Shown: one piece after another, positions 17,931 through 26,357 of the stretch | How the letters are laid out: each line of letters begins with the position of its first letter | How positions within the stretch are numbered: the first letter of the stretch is position 1 | Source of the DNA: Candidatus Gastranaerophilales bacterium | GTDB taxonomy: Bacteria > Cyanobacteriota > Vampirovibrionia > Gastranaerophilales > JAILCC01 | Length of the DNA stretch: 64,000 bases | Assembly (NCBI GenBank): GCA_028696075.1 | Contig: JAQVHS010000003.1 | Span: 121,639 to 185,638 of the forward strand | Reading direction: 5' to 3' | Position numbers and translations under genes: made by a program | Notes under the pieces: model-generated | What the model saw: the letters and a program-made list of their open reading frames with translations, nothing else | Databases searched by the model: none | What the model was told of the DNA's origin: nothing

Positions 17931-19267
17931 CCCCCCAAATTCTTGACAAAACCGGGTAAATCCGTAGCCTCATTAGGTCCGCAAATAATATTAAATTCAG
18001 GCAGCTCTTCTTTTATTTCCTCGAGTAAATCCGAAGCAAACCCGGGGATAATAAGATTATTATGCGAAACTTTTTTATTCAGTCCGGCTGCTCTGACACT
18101 TTTTGCTATAATTTCACCCGTAAATTTTGAAGCAGACCAGGCAGTAAGCACGCTCATTCCGTCAGAATCCGTTATCACAAGATAACTGCCGTCGGGTATA
18201 TTTTCAAGCTCATTTACTACGGAAAAATATGTAAGAGCAAAATTTGTTGTCACAAAAACCGGTGAATTAGGCTGCGGTTCATTGATTTCATATAATTTTG
18301 GCTCTACCTGCAAAGGTTTTTGGGGGTCGGTATAAATATTTTGCCTCAAAGTAATCAACGTTGTCATCAAAGCTCTGTCAAACTCGTCAAATATCAAAAG
18401 CCCGGTATATTTACAGACTAAAGCCGATGCTTTAACCGTATCAAGCGCAATATTCCCCGTAGTATTAAATTCTATCATCACGGGAAAGCCTAAAGGTTCA
18501 TATTTTTTTTCGATTGCACTGCGCCTAATCATTGTCAAAGGTTCAATAATACTGCTGTCAATCTCCTGATGAAGTGATAAAACTATCTCCTTAACGCCTT
18601 TTTCGAGCAGATTTGCAGAAGCTTCGGCAAGGTTCTCGAAGGTTGAAGCATTTACAACAACAGGGCAGGAATATTCTTTATGTAACTTCGTAAGCTGTTC
18701 TGTGGCTGCATCTTTCAAATATATAAGAGGATTTTTAACGGTAGTATCATCCAAGACCTCCACCATATTTTCATAATTATCTGTAATTAAAATCAGAGGG
18801 ATTTCTAAAGCTGCAACGGCAAGCGCTGTTTGTTTAAAATTTTTGCCGCCGTCAAACAGTGCAACGGCATCAACATTAAAAGTTTCTCCCACTCTGTCTA
18901 TTGAAAATTTTTGTATATCAGCTAATTTCTTATCAAATTCGATATCTGCGCTGTTAAGCTTCATTGCAAAAACAGTTTGATTAACAAAAGTTTTATCGTG
19001 GCGAAACATTACATTTTCATCGCCCATTATAAGCTCATTTGGAGAATGACCGAATGTTACGGCTTGCTGCGGTTTCCTGTTTTCAGAAGCAAATAAGGCT
19101 TTTAACTCTTCGTCTAAATGCGGGCAAAGGTTCATATTTATATCATTCTTTGCAAGCTTCATTGCAAATGCCATACAAGTTGAGCAGCCGCATTCTTTGC
19201 AGTTTGCTTCGGGTGTTTTTTTACCGCCGGGAAGAAATTTAAAAATTTGAATACCTGATAATGCCAT
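17927..19267 (-). CDS. acsC: Corrinoid iron-sulfur protein large subunit (AcsC/CdhE-like)
   Basis: The N-terminus MALSGIQIFKFLPG...NCKECGCSTCMAFAMKLA...CP matches the AcsC [4Fe-4S] motif and leader. Its length of 446 aa is typical. The start overlaps the acsD stop (TAATG). Confidence 0.8.
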   Translation of the reverse strand: MALSGIQIFKFLPGGKKTPEANCKECGCSTCMAFAMKLAKNDINMNLCPHLDEELKALFASENRKPQQAVTFGHSPNELIMGDENVMFRHDKTFVNQTVFAMKLNSADIEFDKKLADIQKFSIDRVGETFNVDAVALFDGGKNFKQTALAVAALEIPLILITDNYENMVEVLDDTTVKNPLIYLKDAATEQLTKLHKEYSCPVVVNASTFENLAEASANLLEKGVKEIVLSLHQEIDSSIIEPLTMIRRSAIEKKYEPLGFPVMIEFNTTGNIALDTVKASALVCKYTGLLIFDEFDRALMTTLITLRQNIYTDPQKPLQVEPKLYEINEPQPNSPVFVTTNFALTYFSVVNELENIPDGSYLVITDSDGMSVLTAWSASKFTGEIIAKSVRAAGLNKKVSHNNLIIPGFASDLLEEIKEELPEFNIICGPNEATDLPGFVKNLGG

Positions 19268-20166
19268 TAATTCTCTCCCGTAAATACTTTCAAAGCTTCT
19301 ATTACTTCAGGGTGCCATAATACGAGAATATCAGCACCTGCATTCATAACAGCGGAAGCCGTAGCAGCTTCCCAAGCTACGGCACGATCTTTTAAACCGC
19401 CATAGCTCGGTGAAAAATCGTCGCTGCGGGCTTCTTTAGACTTCCAGGACTCTTCGCCGGCAAATACTATCACAGGCATATTCAAAGTTTCATCACCGTC
19501 AAGCCCCGCTAATTTTGTCCGTTCTATGATACTGTAGCCGTAATCCAAACCATATCCCAAAGCCCCCATATTAGGGTCAATCAGTATTCTATCCCTGCTT
19601 ATACCTTCTTCGTTTATTAAGATATTCAGCTCTTTTGCAAGGTTTATATCTATCGGCGTTCTGCCGATTATATAGTGATTAGTGTTTTTTAAAGGCTTTG
19701 AAATCTCTCTGTAATTGTCTTGCTCCGCTATGCCAAAAATACAATCTCTGTCTGCTATAGCTATAAGTTCAGGTAGCAATATTGCATCAAGTTCTTTTTT
19801 GTTAGCGCCTGTAACTATGAGTTCTTTTTTTGTAAGCCTTAATATTTCTTCAAAAAGTTTTTTTGCTTTAGGGATTTGGGCTTCGTCTTCTATATTAAAT
19901 TTAAGCGCCAAAAAATCAGAGTTGACTTTTTCCGCTTTAACCGCCCATTTTACCATATCAGATAACAAATCACACCGGTAATCCCTTAATACAGGCGAAT
20001 AATTCTTGGGCAAATTCATCAAAACTTCAAGCGCAAAAAGAGGCTTCGTATTACCTTTCTCCGACGAGATAAAAGGTAACGAGCAAACCTCAGGGGTGCG
20101 AATTTTCCCCGTATTTACAGGTCTTATTGATGATTTAAAAGTCTTTAACGGCAAAGTATAACTCAT
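19267..20166 (-). CDS. acsD: Corrinoid iron-sulfur protein small subunit (AcsD/CdhD-like)
   Basis: 299-aa TIM-barrel-like protein, translationally coupled upstream of acsC. I recognise the size and position as AcsD. The call rests mainly on context plus general similarity. Confidence 0.65.
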   Translation of the reverse strand: MSYTLPLKTFKSSIRPVNTGKIRTPEVCSLPFISSEKGNTKPLFALEVLMNLPKNYSPVLRDYRCDLLSDMVKWAVKAEKVNSDFLALKFNIEDEAQIPKAKKLFEEILRLTKKELIVTGANKKELDAILLPELIAIADRDCIFGIAEQDNYREISKPLKNTNHYIIGRTPIDINLAKELNILINEEGISRDRILIDPNMGALGYGLDYGYSIIERTKLAGLDGDETLNMPVIVFAGEESWKSKEARSDDFSPSYGGLKDRAVAWEAATASAVMNAGADILVLWHPEVIEALKVFTGEN

Positions 20167-20167
20167 A

Positions 20168-20947
20168 TTATTTCGTTTTTAAACTCTCTTTTGCATTGTT
20201 CCATAAACTGTCAAATTCTTCAAAAGAATACTCTTGAAGCGGTTTATCGGCAAGGCTCTCCATCTGCCTGAATCTTTTTGCAAATTTTTTATTGGCTTTT
20301 GCAAGCGCCAATTCAGGATTAATCTTGTGCCATCTTGCAAGATTGACCATAGCAAACAAAATATCGCCGATTTCTTCTTCCTGATTTTCTTTATCATCTT
20401 TTACAACAGCAGATTTAAACTCTTCAAATTCACTCTCAATACATTGATACAGACTGTTCAAATTTGGCCACTCAAAACCTGCTTTAACAGCTTTTTTGCT
20501 TAGTTTGTAAGCACACATAAGCGCCGGCAGAGAAAAGGGGATTCCATCTAAAACAGACTTGCGCTCGGGTTTTTCTTCCTTTTTTATAACTTCCCAGTTG
20601 TCAATTATATCTTTGGTAGAAGTTACCTTTGTATCGCCGAAAACATGCGGATGCCTTCTGATAAGTTTTTCGCTTATTCCCTGTGCAACATCTTCAATGT
20701 TAAAATACCCGCCCTCTTTAGCAATTTGGGAATGCAAAACAACCTGCAACAAAACATCACCCAATTCTTCCTGCAATGCTTTCATATCATTTTCATCGAT
20801 TGCATCTAAAGCTTCATAAGTTTCTTCAATAAAATTCTGCTTGAGCGAAGTATGGGTTTGCTCTCTATCCCACCGGCAACCGCCCGGAGAACGCAAAGTA
20901 TTTATTATATTTATCAAATTTTGTAAATTATTGTTATTATTGTTCAT
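20168..20947 (-). CDS. mazG: Nucleoside triphosphate pyrophosphohydrolase MazG
   Basis: Tandem MazG domains: CRWDREQTHTSLKQNFIEETYEALDAI, EELGDVLLQV and a second EEIGDILFAMVNLARW. Confidence 0.9.
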   Translation of the reverse strand: MNNNNNNLQNLINIINTLRSPGGCRWDREQTHTSLKQNFIEETYEALDAIDENDMKALQEELGDVLLQVVLHSQIAKEGGYFNIEDVAQGISEKLIRRHPHVFGDTKVTSTKDIIDNWEVIKKEEKPERKSVLDGIPFSLPALMCAYKLSKKAVKAGFEWPNLNSLYQCIESEFEEFKSAVVKDDKENQEEEIGDILFAMVNLARWHKINPELALAKANKKFAKRFRQMESLADKPLQEYSFEEFDSLWNNAKESLKTK

Positions 20948-21018
20948 ATATTCGGCAAATTTTTACTTTCAGCTGTATTATAAGAATATACCAAAAAAGA
21001 CAGTAAGGAAACTTTGTA

Positions 21019-22908
21019 ATGGAAATAAGATGTAACAATTTTAACAAAATAGCTAAAACACCAAATTTTTCTGCTCAAAACGCACCCGAAAAGTCTAAAC
21101 AGCCTGATAAATTGCCATCTGATAAAACCCTTGATAATACCACCTGGAGTGCTTTTATGAAACATCAAATCCAAACCCAAACTCAAGTTGTACCTAACTT
21201 AACAGAAGAAAAGCTTGATAAAATTTTAAACGAAGAAGTAAGAACAATTATTCTAAACCCCCTGGAGCAATATAATAACCTGAAAGAAGGCGACCAACAA
21301 GCCCTCAAGCACCTTGTTAAGGCGGGGCATATCTTAAATAAAGTATTTATGAAACAAGAACACGAAAAGGGTACAAAATTCATTGAAGAGCTTACCAAGA
21401 AAGCTAACGAGGGTAATAAACCCGCTCAAAAAACTCTTGAAGTATATAAAATATTTAACGGAATTCAGGATGAAAGAAAAGAAACAAACTTCTTAATCAA
21501 AGGTGAAAAACTGGCTGACGGAAAGAATTTTTACCCTTCGAATGCAACTCCCGAAGAAGTTGCACAATATCTGAAAGACAATATTAATGAAGCATCTGAT
21601 ATTTTATCAAGTAACACCGTGGTAAAAAAAGAAGGCAATAAATTCGTAGCTATTCCCTACCAAACAACGTATAAAGAAGAATTTGAAGAAATTGCAAAAG
21701 AACTTTTAGAAGCAGCGAAAACATCTACCCACGAGGGATTCACAGCATATCTTAAATTGCAGGCAAAAGCCCTTACCTCGCTTGACCCTGAAGATGGCTA
21801 CAAAGCCGATGTTGCCTGGACAAAACTTTCTGACTCGCCGTTAGAGTTAACCATCACAAGGGAATCTTACGATGACCAATTTACAGGCAAAATATTAGAG
21901 GACAAAGCCCTTCAAAATATGCTTCTTAAGAATAATATAGAGGGGCATTCAAAAGACATGCTGGGTATAAGGATAGGTATTGTTGACCAAAAAGCCGGCG
22001 CAGAGCTTGCTGATTACAAAAATCATCTTAAAGATTTTTCTAAATTTATGCCGTTATCTGAAACCTACAAACAATCTACCGACGGCGAAAATGCACAAGA
22101 AGCAGTTAAACAAACGCTCGTGGATGTTGATTTGGTTATGCTGGCAGGTGATAGCAGAACTTCTCGCCCGGGGATGACAGTAGCGCAAAACCTTCCCAAC
22201 TCTGACAAATTATCCGTAAAACGCGGACATGGAAGCCGCAACGTATTCCACCGCGATATCAGAAAAAGCTACGACCCTGTTGTGAGGGAACAGTTTTTAA
22301 CCCAACTGGTAGAACAATCACAAAGAAACCTGTACTCAAACGAAGCAGACCATTTATTTACCATTGCTCATGAACTTACCCACTCCTTGGGACCTATGAA
22401 AACAAAAGACGGGCTGGATAAAAAATCATCTTTAGGCAGCTGGGGCGATGCGATAGAAGAAGCAAAAGCCGACTTGGGCGGCATATTAATGAGCAAGTAT
22501 TTCACAGAAATCGGCAAATATACACCTAAACAGCTTGATGAAATTTATTTCACATGGGCAGCAGACCTGATGCCGCAGGAAGAACCTTCAAAAGCACAAG
22601 CCCATAGACTTAGGGCGGTAGCTCAATTTAACTACCTAAAAGAATACGGGGCAATAAATTTTGAAGAAAACGGAAAACTATCAATAAATAAAGAAGTTTT
22701 TCCTGAAGCAGTAAAAAATATGCTTACAGAAATAATAACGCTTCAACTGGACGGAAATGCAAAAACAGCAGATAAATTTATGTCTAAATACTGCGTTTGG
22801 ACAAAAGAACTGCAATATGCTTCTGAAATTCTGAAATCCATGAAGCCTAAAATATACAGAAAACTCGATACAGCTTTGGCTGATAAATTGCTGTCCGATA
22901 AAAATTAG
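21019..22908 (+). CDS. M49 (dipeptidyl-peptidase III)-like zinc metallopeptidase, pentapeptide HExxH variant
   Basis: HELTHSLGP is followed 28 aa later by EEAKADLGG, which mirrors the M49 HExx(x)H...EExxA[ED] zinc site. The N-terminus carries the Asn-rich leader discussed in the findings. Confidence 0.5.
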   Translation: MEIRCNNFNKIAKTPNFSAQNAPEKSKQPDKLPSDKTLDNTTWSAFMKHQIQTQTQVVPNLTEEKLDKILNEEVRTIILNPLEQYNNLKEGDQQALKHLVKAGHILNKVFMKQEHEKGTKFIEELTKKANEGNKPAQKTLEVYKIFNGIQDERKETNFLIKGEKLADGKNFYPSNATPEEVAQYLKDNINEASDILSSNTVVKKEGNKFVAIPYQTTYKEEFEEIAKELLEAAKTSTHEGFTAYLKLQAKALTSLDPEDGYKADVAWTKLSDSPLELTITRESYDDQFTGKILEDKALQNMLLKNNIEGHSKDMLGIRIGIVDQKAGAELADYKNHLKDFSKFMPLSETYKQSTDGENAQEAVKQTLVDVDLVMLAGDSRTSRPGMTVAQNLPNSDKLSVKRGHGSRNVFHRDIRKSYDPVVREQFLTQLVEQSQRNLYSNEADHLFTIAHELTHSLGPMKTKDGLDKKSSLGSWGDAIEEAKADLGGILMSKYFTEIGKYTPKQLDEIYFTWAADLMPQEEPSKAQAHRLRAVAQFNYLKEYGAINFEENGKLSINKEVFPEAVKNMLTEIITLQLDGNAKTADKFMSKYCVWTKELQYASEILKSMKPKIYRKLDTALADKLLSDKN

Positions 22909-22945
22909 CATACAGAATTATATATAATAGAATGCAAAACCCGCT

Positions 22946-24268
22946 CTAAGGCATTATAAAGTCGCCTCCGGAAGAGCTGTCTTCTGTAAAAAACATAGAA
23001 TCAGGTTTGCTTTTATAATTCCTATCTGTTCTGTAATACTCAAGAAGAGGGGTATTTTCACCGATATATCTGGCATTATCATTAAGACCGCCCAATTTCC
23101 TTGCCAGTTCTTCGTCTTTTTTAAGATTTTCTTGTTCTTTGTCAGTTAATTTTAGCCCGGAGGATAAAATAGCGCTTGCAAAAACAAGGTTATTGAATCC
23201 CTCATAGTCTTTTGCTTTTGCTAATGCCTTATTCACAACAGCTTCAACCATCTCGGGTTTATATGCCAAGCCGCTGACCCTGACACCTTCTATAATTGCA
23301 TTATAGTCAATTTTTTTAGTTTTTGCTTCTGTTTTTACACCTGATTTTTTAATATAGTGGTTAATCATATCTGCCAAATCAAAAAGCTCGACAGCGCCCA
23401 CAGGAATTCTTAAATCAGTTCTTCCGTTTCTCAGCAAATCTTTTGAAGCTGAGGATAACTCATTTGCCGTGGATAAGAAAATTACACCCTTATCCTTACA
23501 ATTATTAACCATTCCCAGTAATCTTGCCGTTCTTATGAGGTGGGCATTAGCCGAGTCCGTGCTTGCAGCCGTCTTATCAATTTCATCCAAAAATACTATT
23601 GTGTATTTTTTATTGCCGGATTCTCTGTACCTTTGTTCCGCTTCTGCAAAAACTTGCTGCATATTTGTGATATCTTTTTCATCATTGCCTGTGAATTTAA
23701 GTTCTGCAAAATGTCCGCCTTTAGATTCATAATGTTCACCCAGCGCTTTAGCTAAAAATGTTTTGCCGGTACCTTTAGGTCCAAAGAAGCAAATTCCGTT
23801 AGGCAGACTGCAATGTGCGCTTAAATCTCCATCCATCGCCTGTAATAAAGGCAATAATACATTCCTGATCAGCCCCAGTTTTAAAAGATTATTACCTGCT
23901 ATTTTATTCAAACCTACTTCTTGATCGTTCATATTTGGTGTTCTGACCCTATCTAATTCATTTTCATAGAGCTGCTTTATCTCTTGTCTTGAAAGTTGAT
24001 AGCAATTGTCTTCAAATATCCTTTCCCGGTCGTATTCAATTTGGCTTTTTAACAGTTTTTTGGTTTTATCGCTGCAACTGTCAATCAAAACCCTGATATA
24101 TCTGACAGGCGCAAAAATCGGGTCAAAACTCCGGGAAGTAAAAGACAGCCGGTTAATTTCATTGTTGGGGCAAGATTGTGAGGCAATAGCAGTATTATTA
24201 TTGCCATTACCGCTAATGTTATTTTTATTAATATTAATAGAATTAATTCGTACCGGAGTAATATACAT
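22946..24268 (-). CDS. Classical AAA ATPase (intact motifs), last gene of the 4-gene AAA cassette
   Basis: Walker A FFGPKGTGKTFL, Walker B IVFLDEIDK, second region of homology LLRNGRTDLRIPVG. It is a paralog of 26358..27677 and shares the C-terminal ARKLGGLNDNARY. No obvious TM segment. Confidence 0.8.
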   Translation of the reverse strand: MYITPVRINSININKNNISGNGNNNTAIASQSCPNNEINRLSFTSRSFDPIFAPVRYIRVLIDSCSDKTKKLLKSQIEYDRERIFEDNCYQLSRQEIKQLYENELDRVRTPNMNDQEVGLNKIAGNNLLKLGLIRNVLLPLLQAMDGDLSAHCSLPNGICFFGPKGTGKTFLAKALGEHYESKGGHFAELKFTGNDEKDITNMQQVFAEAEQRYRESGNKKYTIVFLDEIDKTAASTDSANAHLIRTARLLGMVNNCKDKGVIFLSTANELSSASKDLLRNGRTDLRIPVGAVELFDLADMINHYIKKSGVKTEAKTKKIDYNAIIEGVRVSGLAYKPEMVEAVVNKALAKAKDYEGFNNLVFASAILSSGLKLTDKEQENLKKDEELARKLGGLNDNARYIGENTPLLEYYRTDRNYKSKPDSMFFTEDSSSGGDFIMP

Positions 24269-24279
24269 AACCTTCTCTT

Positions 24280-25281
24280 CTAACTATTTATAGGTTTTAC
24301 ATTTGTTAACCTGTCGGTTTCTGCCTGCTTGATTAAAGCTTCGTCTATATTGAACTTAAAATCAATTCTTCCTGTTCTGGTACAAGATTTATCAAGAGTA
24401 TTGATATCTTGAGCAGTTGTCAAAGTAAAAATACCACGATCATCACCGCAGTGATGTGTACGGGTATTCCATATTCCTCTTGTAGTTGGACCATTTTCTT
24501 TTAAAATGAAATCCACATCCTCCATTACTATAAGGGTCAATTTTTGCTGCTCCCGGTAGCGTTTTTCTCCATTTTCAAAAGCATCAGAGATGGTTTCTCC
24601 TATTTTTTTATCTTTAGTAGATATATGTTCAACCACTATATCTTGTTTTTTCGCTTCTGATATAAAATAGTCTAATAATTTTTTCTTTTCTTCTTGATTT
24701 CTACCATAAATCATTACACCGTTAGCTGGACAAAAATCTGACTTTTTGCAAATCTCAATAACATCAGTAAATTTTTCGGGATTTTTTAATGCTCTTACAT
24801 ATTTTAACTTTTCAGCAGGAATCATAATGTTTAATCTGTACACATCCCTGCAATAATCTAAATCAAAATGCCTGTTATTCTCAAACTTGGCATATATTCT
24901 ATCATCGAGAGCTCCTATCTCATCCCAAAGCTTTGACATCCCCGGGATTTCATTCATTTTTCTAAGAAACTCGGGTACAAAAGTTTCTTTAGGAACAAGT
25001 TTACCTGCTTCATCCTTTATTGTTTCTATTCCTTTAAACCTGTAATATACTTTTCTGGCTGCATTTGATATTTTTTGGCGGTTTTTAATAAGCAAAACTG
25101 CTCCCAATAGAGTACCTGCTGCTAATGCTATTTTGCCGCCTATTCCCATAGTTGCAGCAGGCCGGGCAGTTTCAGCAGGTGGCAGGGGCTTGTTTGCAAA
25201 AGTAACATTAGACCTGCTGTGATTTATATTATTAGCTCTGGTATTGCGATTATAGATATTTATATTAGTTTTTAATATCAT
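24280..25281 (-). CDS. Membrane-anchored, lid-less AAA-like protein with degenerate Walker A (tandem duplicate 1)
   Basis: One TM helix (IGGKIALAAGTLLGAVLLI). The Walker A position reads GVMIYGRNQEEKKKLL, the Walker B-like motif is LIVMEDVD, and the SRH-like motif is RTGRIDFKF. The protein ends ~25 aa later. Confidence 0.65.
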   Translation of the reverse strand: MILKTNINIYNRNTRANNINHSRSNVTFANKPLPPAETARPAATMGIGGKIALAAGTLLGAVLLIKNRQKISNAARKVYYRFKGIETIKDEAGKLVPKETFVPEFLRKMNEIPGMSKLWDEIGALDDRIYAKFENNRHFDLDYCRDVYRLNIMIPAEKLKYVRALKNPEKFTDVIEICKKSDFCPANGVMIYGRNQEEKKKLLDYFISEAKKQDIVVEHISTKDKKIGETISDAFENGEKRYREQQKLTLIVMEDVDFILKENGPTTRGIWNTRTHHCGDDRGIFTLTTAQDINTLDKSCTRTGRIDFKFNIDEALIKQAETDRLTNVKPINS

Positions 25282-25347
25282 GACTCTAAACCATATATTA
25301 CTGTCATATTAAAATGAAATATATACAAATTTGCTATTTCAAACATA

Positions 25348-26352
25348 TTATTTTACATTTTTTAACTTATCGGTTTCTGCCTGCTTGATTAAAGCTTCGT
25401 CTATATTGAACTTAAAATCAATTCTTCCGCCTCTGATAGCAGATTGATCAAGAGTATTGATATCCTGGGCGGTTGTCAGGGTAAAAATGCCTCTCTCTCC
25501 GCAGTGGTTTGTGCGCGTATTCCATACTCCGCCAATTACCGAGCCGTCTTTTTTAAAGACATCATCCACGTCCTCCATTACTATAAGGGTCAATTTTTGC
25601 TGCTCCTGATACCTTTGCTTTGCATTTGCAAAAGCATCAGATATAATCCCACCTATTTGTTGGTCTTGTTCTGTAACACCTTTGGTAGATATATGTTCTA
25701 CTACTACATCTTGTTTTTTTGCTTCTGATATGAAGTAATCTAATAATTTTTTCTTTTCTTCTTGATTTTTACCGTAAATCATTACACCATTAGACGGACG
25801 AAAATCTGACTTTTTACAAAGCTCTATAACATCTGCAAATTCTTGAGGATTTTTTAATGCTCGTACATACCTTAACTTTTCAGCAGGAATCATAATGTTT
25901 AATCTGTACACATCTCTGCAATAATCCATATCAAAATGCCTGTTATTCTCAAACTTGGCATATATTCTATCATCAAGAGTTCCTATCTCATCCCAAAGCT
26001 TTGACATTCCGGGGATTTTATTCATTTTTCTAAGAAACTCAGGTACAAAAGTTTCTTTAGGAACAAGTTTACCTGCCTCATCCTTTATTGTTTCTATTCC
26101 CTTAAACCTGTAATATACTTTTCTGGCTGCATTTGATATTTTTTGGCGGTTTTTAATAAGCAAAACTGCTCCCAATAGAGTACCTGCTGCTAATGCTATT
26201 TTGCCGCCTATTCCCATAGTTGCAGCAGGCCGGGCAGTTTCAGCAGGGGGCAGGGGCTTGTTTGCAAAAGTAACATTAGACCTGCTGGGATTTATACTAT
26301 CAATTTTTTTATCGCAGGTATTTGTATTAATCTGATTTAATTTAATTATCAT
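25348..26352 (-). CDS. Membrane-anchored, lid-less AAA-like protein with degenerate Walker A (tandem duplicate 2)
   Basis: It shares 89 consecutive identical residues with 24280..25281 (SRSNVTFANK...EFLRKMN). Motifs are GVMIYGKNQEEKKKLL, LIVMEDVD and RGGRIDFKF. Confidence 0.65.
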   Translation of the reverse strand: MIIKLNQINTNTCDKKIDSINPSRSNVTFANKPLPPAETARPAATMGIGGKIALAAGTLLGAVLLIKNRQKISNAARKVYYRFKGIETIKDEAGKLVPKETFVPEFLRKMNKIPGMSKLWDEIGTLDDRIYAKFENNRHFDMDYCRDVYRLNIMIPAEKLRYVRALKNPQEFADVIELCKKSDFRPSNGVMIYGKNQEEKKKLLDYFISEAKKQDVVVEHISTKGVTEQDQQIGGIISDAFANAKQRYQEQQKLTLIVMEDVDDVFKKDGSVIGGVWNTRTNHCGERGIFTLTTAQDINTLDQSAIRGGRIDFKFNIDEALIKQAETDKLKNVK

Positions 26353-26357
26353 ATCAT

